Positions 11,401 through 23,809 of a stretch of DNA of 64,000 nt are shown here, piece after piece. The first letter of the stretch is position 1. Each line of letters opens with the position of its first letter. Source of the DNA: Podarcis pityusensis (Eukaryota); the NCBI GenBank assembly GCA_964106645.2, contig OZ067049.1; one strand, given 5' to 3'. The position numbers were made by a program, and so were the translations under genes. The notes beneath the pieces are model-generated. The model saw only the letters and a list, made by a program, of their open reading frames with translations. It was not told the origin of the DNA and ran no database searches.

Positions 11401-12796
11401 TAGCTGCTGGAGATGATTGTGGCTGATTACAGGGCCATAAATCGAGAGTTTATATAAAAATTCAAAGATAAGCTTTTATAGTATATAATTTATGCCATAT
11501 CTAAATGAACTTTATGGGTAAATGCAAATGTTTAACATCCCTGACAAAATGTTTGTTGGAAGAATAACCCTCTCTTAGTTTACATGACTGTCGTAAGACA
11601 GTTGTGGAAATACAGAGTGTTACTCAAAATTAATACTATGTTTTAATTTGCAGGCACTATAACCTACATTTGTTAGTGACAAATAAATTTCTACATTCTG
11701 TTAAGGAACAGTTCACATTTTTATGTCAAGCCATCTGCATGTTTCTGCACCTAAGCAGAATGTTGAGGTGTCAATGCTTTAAATAAACAAACTATTTTGT
11801 AAGAAAAGTCATAACCAGCTGCAATTACTTAGTACCACTATAAAAACATTTTTAAAAAACCACAGAGTTCTAGTGTTGTGAGAGAAGGTGAAAAGTGTTT
11901 CACTTTCTTCATACCAGGCATAATTTTATGTGCTTTTATCCTGTCACCTTTTATTCCTATAATTCATCTTAGTTTGTTCCTAATTTAGAACTCAGCCTTC
12001 ATCTAACAGATTTGGCTAAAGGCTTGAATTGCACTGTGTCTCCATGTATCATTTTTAAAAACTGAAGTATTTGGCAATTAATTACGGTCAGATATACTTT
12101 CCTTTTCTGCTTTCCACAGTTTCACTATACTTATCCTAATGTAATATTTTTTTCCACCCTGCAGGAGACTCTCAATATCAAATTCAGCTCAATTTCCTGT
12201 GTAAGTTTGTTTAAAATCAAAACCCATTAGTTGTTCAATATATCTTGCTGCCCCGATATATGAAACCTCTTAAGTGCTCTTGTGGTTTCTGGGTTTATAA
12301 GTCCTGAATCAATAAAGATAGCCTCTTCTGTCTCTGGCAAGGTGTGGCATACCCTCGTGGGCGCATTCGTCAACAAACAGTGATTTAGTCACAGAATTCA
12401 GAGTCTAATATGCATAGAAATGGCAAACAGGACAGATAATAAGGGCGTGCAGATACACAGATAAAGGATTGGTGGCACCAATTGGTGACCTTTGTTTCAC
12501 CCTTAAAAGCTGTGGATTTGGCAGACATACCCACTTCTGTGAATGAACAGTGTTTACTAGTTAATAACTTTGTAGCAAAGAACAAGGGGAAATATCTAAA
12601 AGAGGTGGAAATGTTCTCAGACAGGATCAAATGCACCATCACAGCATCTTGGAATTGTGGGCAGTTGCTATTAATTATCATTGCAAGTGGGATCATTGTG
12701 AGTTTAAAGGGGGGGGGGGGCTCAGTGTAGGAGAGGCTGAGCCAACATGAACAAACTGAGTGAGAAGAGTCATCTACTGTGGTGGGGATATCGCCA

Positions 12797-13068
12797 TGCC
12801 CAAATCAAAGTGCTGGTTTTGACCCATAAAGTCTTAAACATCTCAGGACCGTAATACCTCAAGGATCACATATCCCCATATGAACCTGCCTGGTCCTGAG
12901 ATCATCTTCTGAGTCCCTTCTTCATGTGCCTCCTCCACAAGAGATCCGGAGGGTAGCACCAAGAGAATGGGCCTTTTCTGCAGTGGCTCCCCATTTGTGG
13001 AATGCCCTCCTCAGGGAGTTATACACCTTTAGGCGCCAGGCAAAAATGTTCCTCTTAGGCCTTTGGCT
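12797..13068 (+). mobile_element. Old L2 LINE 3' fragment
   Basis: Translation ...AFSAVAPHLWNAL...FRRQAK, the L2 ORF2 C-terminus. Confidence 0.7.
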
Positions 13069-13133
13069 GATTGATGCCCTTTTAAAATGTGTTGTGGAAG
13101 GTGGGGATCATTGGGTAGCCTTTGTTTTTTTTA

Positions 13134-13372
13134 CAGCGGTACCTCACATATACTTACATATACTTCAGGTTACAGACGCTTCAGGTTACAGACTCCGCTA
13201 ACCCAGAAATATTACCTCGGGTTAAGAACTTTGCTTCAGGATGAGAACAGAAATCGTGCAGCAGCGGCAGCAGGAGGCCCCATTAGCTAAAGTGGTGCTT
13301 CAGGTTAAGTACAGTTTCAGGTTAAGAACGGACCTCCAGAACGAATTAAGTACTTAACCCGAGGTACCACTG
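13134..13372. mobile_element. Tc1/mariner MITE, about 460 nt upstream of the CUBN ATG
   Basis: TIR CAG.GGTACCTC...GAGGTACCACTG; TA TSD. Confidence 0.85.
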
Positions 13373-13739
13373 TATTTATTATGTATTTTCTGTTTTTTAT
13401 ATTGTGATTTTATATTGTGCACATGGCTGAATCTTCAGCCGTGTTTCCATTATTGCTGGGACTATGGAAAGGGTTCAAGGCGGGTAAAACCAAAATACAG
13501 TTACATGGCACCATCAGGATGCACACACTAAGATTACCAGTCCAGGGAGAAGTCTTGGAAGATAGAGAAGCATTGCCCAGTAAGAAGTACCAGGAACTGC
13601 TCTTTCAAACCTACTCACCAGGCGTATTGTCACTCCTGGCATATGAAATCTCCCTTTTCTCTCTTAACTAAGTTATGGATGGGTCAGAAGGGGAAAAGAG
13701 CTGAATAAGCATCTCTGTGAATATGCAAAGAGTCCTGTC

Positions 13740-13781
13740 AGGGCAAAGTACACCTGACACTGGGTTAATCCTTGAAGATAG
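13740..13781 (+). promoter_or_regulatory. Putative CUBN proximal promoter module: HNF4-like, HNF1-like and GATA motifs
   Basis: AGGGCAAAGTACA (13740-13752), GTTAATCCTTGAA (13764-13776) and AGATAG (13776-13781), about 50-95 nt upstream of the ATG. Confidence 0.45.
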
Positions 13782-13833
13782 TGCAGATTTCACTTTAACC
13801 CACTGCACAGTCCAGGAAGACTTGCGGGGAGGA

Positions 13834-13952
13834 ATGTTGAGTCCAGGCTCTCTTCGGTGGGCTTTGGTGACATTCCTGATTATTTCTGGATTCAACTATG
13901 GATCTGAATCTACTGAGAAAAAGAGAGCAAAAAGGGGCATCAATCAGGATCA
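13834..13952 (+). CDS. CUBN: CUBN exon 1 (signal peptide, furin site)
   Basis: [39 protein letters not shown](Q); donor CA|GTAAGT, phase 2. Confidence 0.9.
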
Positions 13953-16900
13953 GTAAGTATCATTCTTGGGGTGTTAACCTGCAACCTGGCTTGCTCAGAC
14001 AGAGCATAGATCAAGCAGCTTCATTATATCTCTGGCAAATTTAACACCACGTGCAATCTTCTTCCTTTTCAATGCACCAGGCCTCGCTTGTCCTCTGAAA
14101 GGGGCAATTTAGTGTTCCATACTGGCTCTGCCAAAAATATTGAATTCAGAACCGGATCGCAGGGCAGAATAAAAGTTAATGAAGAAGACCTTGTGGAGAC
14201 TTTGATCCAGGTAATCTTTTGTGTGGTTTTATTTGGTTCATTGGTGTCCTTCAAATGGCTTTTGGATGCAAAGAGTTATAGTCAATCAGTATGGAGTTAC
14301 ACAGAGCCATCAGGGCACAAAGAGCTTCACAAGATAGGTCCCTGTCCTGAGGAGCTTACAGGCAATAATTTGGCACAGAGGAAGGGGAGGGGAGGTCAGC
14401 CAAAATGATTTGAGTATACAATGGCGCCTAGCGCCACCATAATTTCAGGCATCAACTGTATTTGTTTATTTCATTAACTCAATTTATGAATCACTTCCCA
14501 TAAAACATCCCAAATGAATAGCAATCAAAGCATCAACAATAAAATGATATATTACAATAATTTCAGAGCTAATACTGATAGACACTGGGATAAAAGTCTG
14601 TACCGCAGATTGCCTCCACTTCAATGGCTTGTTGAAAAAGGAAGATATTGGATAGTCACCAAAATGACAACAGAGGTGGTACCTGGCAGATATGGAACTG
14701 GAGGGAATTCCAAAGTGCCTGATTCCTATTTCATATGGAACAGACCTCCCAATAAGATGCTATCACAGAATCATAGAGTTGGAAGGGATCCTGAAGATCA
14801 TCTAGTCCAACCCCGTGCAATGCAGGGATATGCAGCCATCCCATAAGGGGATCAAACCTGCAACCCTGGTGTTATCAGACCACGATCTAACCCACTGAGC
14901 TATCAGCACAGTGATTAAGTATCTAAGGGTGAGGCAATCTTTGGGGTATCCTGGTTCTAAGCTGTATAGTACTTCATACTTTGAATTTGGTTTCGGTAGC
15001 TAATTGGCAATTTTCTTTCACTGTTGTGTTGACAATGTTGATGGAACACATCCGTCTGTTGTGAGTTAGACCGCTTCAATCAATCCAGCTCTGGACTTGA
15101 CTACCCCACACGGTGCATGCCTTTCTGCAAAAGTAATTGAGCCATGTGGAAAACACAGTTGTGATATGAGGTCTTTTCATTGCTATGGGGACAGTCCAGG
15201 CCACGAGTGCTTCTGGAGTCCTTTAGCTCACATCAGCCTCTCTTCATGGTATCCTTGGTTTCCCTCTTTTCATAGAACCAACGGTACCAGGAAAAATCAA
15301 GTGCTATAGTCACGTGGCTTCTTCCAAGCTAAGTGGGTTCAGAGCTCTTCAAAGCATTCAAGCCCACAAATCCAGCATCTACTCCTGCTTCTATCTTATT
15401 CTGATCTTCTCCCATTTGTCTAAAGAATTTTATTTATTTATTTTTTTACTGCACTTAATAGCTGCTGGAGATGATTGTGGCTGATAACAGGGCCATAAAT
15501 CGAGAGTTTATATAAAAATTAAAAGATAAGCTTTTATAGTATATAATTTATGCCTTATCTAAATGAACTTTATAATAACAACATCATATAATAGAAGTGA
15601 TGTCAGGGTTAGCATGTGGCAACAACAGCTGAAATATACTGTGGCCTTGTAAGACCTTTTGATCCCAGGGTGGGCTTTTATATGTGTACAATTGACGTGC
15701 AAAGCTAGAATTGGTGCCATCGCCCTTTCACCCCCATTTTGTGAGAACCCCTCAACCTCATTGTTGCTCTTATTCCCTTACTTGCCCCTACCCCTAAGCA
15801 GTGTAAAAGGGGAAGGGCAGGTGAGCAACCAAGCATAAAGTAATGTATGTATTTACTTTTTATATGCCAAAATTTATACACTGCTTCTATGGGGTGTATA
15901 GGGTGTTAGGGGAGGGGTAGTACTTCTGGTGGGGGACACATCATGCTCCTTCTGTGGTAGTTTGTCTACCTTTGGTCCCTACCCTGCACTCAGCTCTCAC
16001 CTGTGGCTCCTAGAAGCATGTGACAGCGGTCACACCCTGGGAGATGGCTTCGACTTGCCAGCTGAACCAGGTGAGGGTAGCCAAAGGGTCTCAAACCCTC
16101 AGGGAGTTAGGGACGTCCCCTGCATGAGAAGATGCAGGTTGGGTGGGTTGGGCAGGCGAGACCAATAGTGGGTCCAACAGTCAAGAAGGCGGTTTCAGCA
16201 TGTTCTGTATAGGGAAGTGAGGGGCAGATGGGGCTTGTCAACCTGGGGCAGTAGCCCATCTAGGAGAAGGAAAACTCTGGTCTTAAACCTCCACTGCCTT
16301 GTGGGATATCTGCGGGAGAAGAAAAGGCTAAGGAGTAAACCCTACACAAATCTGGAGTGGAGTTCCTAAGGCAGTTGGATGTTGCCTTGTAGGCCTCCCT
16401 CCATCATCCAACAGTGTATTTATCTCCCTTGTGGATTTCTCACAACATCTCTGAAAACTGAGTTCATTCCCTGCACTTTAAAGCACTGTCAATTTCTTTT
16501 AAAATTTAGATCAGAAAGAATAAAGATGAGATTCTGGAACTGAAAAGAATCGCTGGTATCCCTCAAAATATTTCCAATCAGATCACACAGCTTCATTCTA
16601 AGGTAAGTCTTGTTTTCTATAAAGTTATACACAAATATATTTTCAGCTCAGCTCTTCACCATGTGAAGAAAAAAAGTCAGTCTTTTGCCATAAGAGTGAT
16701 GTAGTAGTTGGAATGTCAGGAAATGACCTTTCCAAATTTCCACTCAGCCATGAAGTTCATTGCGCAACCTTGGGCTCATTCCTATTTTTCAGCCCAACTT
16801 ACCTTACAGGATTACTGTGAGGATGAAATGGGGCAGTGAGGAAGCCATCTATACTGTCTCAAAATTCTTGGAGGAAATAGTGGGATATAACTGTAATAAA

Positions 16901-19532
16901 GTTTCATATCCTCATTGAGAATTCTGCACTTTAAACCACATGGACAGTGCTCACAATACCTATTTTCAAAAATCATTGTATTTGTTTGTTCTATAAAGAG
17001 ACATATACTGATTTCACTGGGTACTGGGCCAAATCCTATTTCTATGGATTTTTTTTTCTCCAGCTCCATGCTTTTTACCAACCTACTGCCACAATCACTC
17101 AGGCAAGCCTAGTTTGGAGTGTTGTTTTCGTTAAAAACAGCACATAATGTGTGCAAGAACTTCTAGCAAAGAGTTACCAGAGCTGGTTGAATTTGAAAAT
17201 AAAACCCCCGTTTCTTATATCATTATTAATCGTACACCCAGCACTGAAATTTGCTTGCTTTCCAGGCAAATCACAAGTTTTAGCTAGACAGATGGAAGTT
17301 GACAGTGCAGATCCAAATGTAAAATCCCATGACATGCTTTGTTCAGGTGGTGCATAATTCTGCACTAATGAAGCTATTGTAAATCCTGCTGATTTTAAGG
17401 GGAGAAAGTTACTAAATATGTGCTCAACTTTTTCCTGTTGAAATTAAGGACCACTGCAGCTGTTCAATTTCTACTGTCTTGTGCCTTTAAAAAACACACA
17501 CACAAGGAGGTGGTTCCTGCAATGCAGCAGAATGAATCGATCTGCTACAGAGGGGACTGTGCAAACAGTAAAATTTGAAACTAAGTGTCTGACTGGTGCA
17601 ACAAGATTATTAAAGTGGCAGCCCTAGTAGGGGAAAGAGAGGCACAGGCAGGAAAATCTTTTCGGTCAGCCCTGTTCATGAAGCGTCAAAGGCAAAGCAT
17701 AATGATTAAGATAATGATGGAATAAGTGAAGAAAGAAACATCTTCACTATTGTGCTGAGTCATCGCTGTAAACTGATGCCTTCTTGTCCATTCAGGACTG
17801 GTGCTAAACGTCAGGCGGTCATCAGCAGAGTGCTGCTTATGCCTCTATGCTGCTAAACCTCCCCCCCCCCCAAATTCTCCACCAATACCTCTGTGGCAGT
17901 TGCACCCCAGTTCCCCTCTTTCCTTGCTGCTCCTTCTCCTCGGATCCCCTCTTCCTTTTTTGTTAAAAAAGAAGAAGTGTAAGGTAGTTTTCAGCTAAGT
18001 TTTACTTAGAAGAGACCCTCTGAAATTAATTAACATGAGCCTAACTTATCTTCATTAATTTAAATGGGTCTACTCTAAGACTTATAGGACACGGGTGGCA
18101 CCGTGGGTTAAACCACAGAGCCTAGGGCTTGCCGATCAGAAGGTTGGCGGTTCGAATCCCCGCGACGGGGTGAGCTCCCGTTGCTCCGTCCCAGCTCCTG
18201 CCCACCTAGCAGTTCAAAAGCACGTCAAAGTGCAAGTAGATAAATAGGTACCGCTCCAGCGGGAAGGTAAACGGTGTTTCTGTGAGCTGCTCTGGTTCGA
18301 CAGAAGCGGCTTAGTTGTGCTGGCCACATGACCTGGAAATTGTCTGCGGACAAACGCCGGCTCCCTCGGCCTATAGAGCGAGATGAGCGCCGCAACCCCA
18401 GAGTCAGTTACGACTGGACCTAATGGTCAGGGGTCCCTTTACCTTTACTTACTCTAAGACTTATTAAATATTCTTCGCTGTTGTGATGGCAGCAGAACCG
18501 ATGGTTTCTCCACCACTTCTGGGTCCAGAACAGGCACCTGTCTGAGCTGGGCATTTTGAACAGGGTGGTGGGAGAAGTATTAGTACCACCACTGTGATTT
18601 GCTGCCGTGGCTAGAAAGATTGTGTTAAAACTTCGATATATAGAATCACCTTTATTTTTATTTATTTTTTTCAACTATGCTTTTGAAGAAAAGACTTTTT
18701 AGTTGCCCTGGCAAACTACGTTTTCTGTACCACCTCACCCCAAATGTCTGGCTCTAAGAAGGATACCTTTCTCGGAGTCCAAGCAAGGCAGACAGGGAAG
18801 TGGAGGTTGGAAACCATCCAATCACCGTGGATGTAAGCAAGTTTGGCTCTCAAGCAAAGTAGGCCATGGTGTCTGCACACATACATTCAGTGGGTTGGGC
18901 TGTGCGCACCATGTGATCTGTCCTGCACCCAGTGGCAGAGCTTCATGTTCTGGCACCGGGGGGGGGGGGGCAGAGAGTAGGCGGGGGCGTGGCTGGCGTG
19001 CATCCAGGGGAGCATGGTATGTGTCCTGGGGGTGTGGCACGCCGCGTGCAGGGGTGTGGCACGCGTCCTGGGGGTGTGGAGTGGTGCCTGCAGGGGTGTG
19101 GTGCGCGCCCTGGGGGCATGGCACACCACCCGCAGGGGTGTTGTGTCCAGCACGGGCAGGGAGGCAGCCACGATGGTACCCCACTGGGCTCGTGCTGCCG
19201 GAAGCGGTGTGCTTCCTCCGCTCCCCTTTTCCTCTGCTAGTGCCTGCACCCCTCAAGTGAGCCTGTTGTGGTTGGGGTACGTTGCCATCACCACTGTTGA
19301 AATAGGATTCAGCTTCCAGTCTGTTCAACTTCTGTACATAGACCAGAGGGATTGGCCCCCATCTTGCTATTTTTGGATTAATCATTAGCTTTATTTGCAG
19401 CATTGACACTGACCTGTAGTTATCTAAGTATATTTCATTTTGTTTTCTATTTTAAGCAAATTTTCAAATTACTTTGGCAGCTTCGGGATCTTTAGTTAAC
19501 TTAACTTGTATTGGTTTTTGAAAAATGCTATG

Positions 19533-19575
<43 letters not shown>

Positions 19576-22500
19576 CTTCATAAATATGAAAACATAAAAT
19601 GTGTACTTTAATGCTTAACCCACAATCCTGTGGTCTGGAGTTTTTGCTTCGAGTTTAGAAGATCACACAAGCACAGTTCTGTATCATGTCTTTCTTTTTT
19701 AAAAATGCTCTATATTCAATATACAAAACTGTAACTCTATATAGATAGCGGGAGCAGAAACATAAAATTCTGAATTAGAGCATTTCAATCTCTTTAGGCT
19801 TGTTTTTGAAAACATTCAATGGTCAATTCATTCTGGATTTAAGTGGCTTTGGCTGTAGGTCTTCGGAAAACATTTCATAGACTAAGAACTTATTCAGAAG
19901 CAAATATAAGAGTTTGTTGGTCTTTTTTTTTTACAGAGTTTTACATAACTTCGTGAAACAGACTCAAAAATGACTAGAGACAAATAAGTTTATTTCACTA
20001 ATCACTGATTTAGTTTACATGACAAAGAACCATGGAGTGTAACAGTCTTGGGAATCAAGGAATGGGAGTCCATGATTGCTACTGACTAACAAAAATGAAA
20101 CCATGTTTTGTAAACTGAAGGAGAATGTTCTTTTAAGCTTTAATGTCAGCTACTTCATATCACATTACTGGAAGTATGTTTGGAAGTATTTTCTTTTTAA
20201 TTTGACAATAATTTCTATTTAGTTTGATAATTTCTTGCTTCTTATATTCTTATTTATTCAATTTACATAGTGACCTTTATGGAAAGATTTCAGGGCAGTA
20301 TACAACATTAGAAACACAAAACATCAAAAAAAGGAATGGCAATACAAACTGTTAGAGTATATTGAATGGCCAGATTAACAGAGGCAAAAGTTTCAAAAAG
20401 CATGTGGAAAATGCAGAGAATACTTCACAAATAGTGCCCTAAAATACATACCTGGACTTGTTTCGATTAATGTCTGCAGGAGACTTTGTGGATATTTAAG
20501 TTATAATTAGAAAAATCTTAATAATTATTCATAAAGGAAACAGCTTATAAGATGTAAATAAGGAGGCCAGATACAGAATAAAGGAAGTCTTTTCTTTAGT
20601 AGTTTGTATTGTTGTATGCTATGCTTATTGTATGTTATGTTCACGTTTAATGAGGGTGGATTTCTGTATTGGGGGGTTGGGGGTTTATGTTATGTTGTAA
20701 ATAAAATTTCCAATCAAAATTTATAAAAAAAGAAAGAAACACAAAACATCAACAAGAAAAACCTTACAAAAGCGTAGTAAATAGCAGACAGACAGACAGC
20801 CTAATAGTAAAACAATCATAATAATAGCAGTCCCCCCACAACACACATTCACAGGCCATAGATTATTAAATAGACATAGGCCTGGGTAAAGAGGAATGTT
20901 TTTGCCTGACATTTTCCTGAGTGCTTGGAAGGTGATGATTCTTCATCAGAGCTTGGAGAAGAGGGGTGTGGGTGGGTGTGAAAAGCTTTTTGGAAGAGAA
21001 AGATCTGTGAGCCTACTCTTGGCACCTTGAGGGTACAAGATCTCTCTGGGGTTCTGATGTGGGACAATGGGTCTGCTGTCTTGTAGGATTATGGGCTGTT
21101 TTGCAAATAAAGCAGATGCTATGAAGGTGCCATGAATCTCATCCAATGAAACCAGATCTGGAGAGCCCTGCCCAGGGACCTTCTTCACGGCTTGTGGTGG
21201 TGCAGAGAACACAACAGTACTGAAAATATATTCTCTTTGAAATTCCACCCTTTCTTCTTAGCCTGCCCATTATGCTTGATTATAATGTCTAGCTATTATT
21301 CCCAAATGTTTGTCTTTATATTTCTGTTGTAGATTGTGAATATCGAAGGCAGACTTCAAAGCCTTGAGCAGGTGAGTAGTTTTATGGAAAAAGACAAAGT
21401 GTTCTGTAGTCAGAAATCTTAGTAGTGCGGCAAGAAGATAAATCGTGCTCAATCCTGGGCTACGCATGAATGTATCTTAAAAAAACAACAACAACCCAAA
21501 AGGTGAAGTGGTGTTGATGGAATGAAGATAACAGGGCTGTGTGCACACCCTATTCTGATGCAGGGCACAATCCAGGATAGTTGTGTGGACCTCCTTCTCC
21601 CCTCTGCTTGCTACCCTCCTGCCTCCCTTTTGAAAGTCCTGGATCACTCCGAGTAGATCTGATCTGATACCAGGTGATCCAGGGCTGGCTCAACCCTGTG
21701 GCTGAATCCTTGGTTGACCCAAATCAGCCCAATTCATTTAGGCATCCAGGGTTCAGCTGGGGTCAGCAAACAGCCCTCGTAAATAAACTTTAATGCTTAT
21801 TTCTGAGAAATACTGTAGGTTTTCTATTGACAAAGCAAAAGGAGGGCTTTTGTTATGCACCCATTAAGTTTATTCTCTGAATTGGCTGTTTGCGAGCACC
21901 TAAGCAGAGCCAAGTCCTCTACACACGATGAAGGTTATTTAAGAAAGACTGTGCCAATGAAGTCATAAACGCTAATTGACTGGGTTTATTTTTGCCCTTG
22001 TTTTGTGCCAGACCATCCTGAGAAAAGCCTGTAGCAGCAATCCCTGCCAGAATTCTGGAACCTGCATTGATTTGCTAGATGCCTTCTTCTGTCTTTGCCC
22101 CAACAACTGGCAGGTAAGGTAGTCGCTCAACAACTTCCAACTGATGCAATATGTAATAATAATAATAATAATGATAAAGTTCAATCACATGTAAAGTTCA
22201 ATCACTGCTACTGCCATCACATGCAAAGGACCCAATCAATGCATTGCTCACAGAAGCATGTAGGAATATAAACCTGGTGTTATCGATTAGGGGAAGGGCT
22301 GTAGTTCAGTGATGGAGCATCTGCAGAAGGCCCCACATTCAATCCCTAGCATCGCCATGTCAGGGCTGTGAACATCCTCCATCTGAAACCCTGGAAAACC
22401 AGTGTCAGTCAGTGTACAGTGGTACCTCGGGTTACAGACGCTTCAGGTTACAGACGCTTCAGGTTACAGGTTACAGGTTACTGTGTTGCTATCAGATGAG

Positions 22501-23769
22501 GAAAGCACCATAGGTGGAAATGGTTTTCATTTAAACATTGGTCATCTTATTCATTGGTTTCCCAAGTTCCAAAATTAAAATTTTATTCATGCAGAGGAAG
22601 GGGGGGAAGCAAGTGTGGATGCTTAACTGAACCTCTTGTATTAGTAGGATGTATTGTGTTTATGGCAGCACACAAATGGATCTCTAAAGATTAAGCCCTT
22701 GAGCAGAGCATGTGCTCCTTTGCGTATTTGGCACCAGGAGCTGGAGGGCTAATGGTGCATGATTTCACTCCCCAAGGAGAAGCTCCATGCTTCTACTATA
22801 ATGGCCCTATGCTTTAAATTAAATAAAAGCATGCTATATTTCCATGGACAAGCAGGGGAGATCTGAACAACTGAGTTTTGTTTTAGTGTTTGTGAAGGGC
22901 AGTATTGCCGCAAGCCAACCAGATGCTGCGTTACAATCTTTTGAAATTCTATATCATCACATTGGCACTGCGGACCCCATTGTGTGTCTGTTTTACTCAG
23001 GAAATAAGCTCGATTTCACTCTGTTTTCAGGGGCCGTTCTGTTCTGCCGACGTTAATGAATGTCAGATTTATGCTGGGACACCTCTAGGCTGCCAGAATG
23101 GGGGGACATGTGTAAATACCCCAGGTAGTTACAGGTAAGTAACTCCTGCTAATGTCCTTAGGAGGATGTCGGTTATAGTTTTGCTGAGTGCTACGAACAT
23201 GCAAGATACAAAAATAAAGAGTGCCTCCAGATCGCCACAATTTGCAGGAGGAATTCAAGTGGATACTGGAAATTTAGGCTTGTGCAACAAAAGCAGATTA
23301 AACAACGGTCTGTCGCAACAAATCCACTTCTAAAACAACAAAAGCAGACTTTTGTGGTTAAGAAAATGAGCGAGAAATGCACAGTAAAAGTGTGGAAAGG
23401 ACCAATGATTAATGGGAAGACATATCAACCGCCTGTAGCTGCTGCCCACCTTTAGCAGCAGCAGCAGCTTTTGTAGCTGGAGTCAGTCCCGTCCTTGAGT
23501 GGTTTAAAAAAGTATCACAAAGAAGAGGCCACTCAGGGAATTTATAACAACTCTTTTCAATATAAAACAGTTTATGGAGGTAACAAACCATGCAGCAGGT
23601 TGTTGCTAGCAATGAAGAACTAAACCTAAACTACACACTGCCTGAGAGCTGACTCAGCAGTTCCCAGTATGGTAAGCCAAGAGGGCAAATATACTACAGG
23701 TTTTTTTCCTGGCTGGAATATATATTTGAACTCTGATTATACATATTGCTTGCCTGGAGTAGGATAGGG

Positions 23770-23809
<40 letters not shown>

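Noticed and set aside
13717-13833. In-frame upstream extension of CUBN exon 1 in the ORF track
   Set aside because: The signal peptide starts at ATG 13834, and the extension overlaps the putative promoter motifs.
18086-18165. tRNA-like A/B boxes here and at 46201, 48300, 55772 and 63441
   Set aside because: These are SINE heads followed by SINE bodies and tails, not tRNA genes.
18703-19409. Several overlapping 100-195 aa ORFs on both strands
   Set aside because: Caused by the GC-rich, stop-poor hAT element; low-complexity translations.
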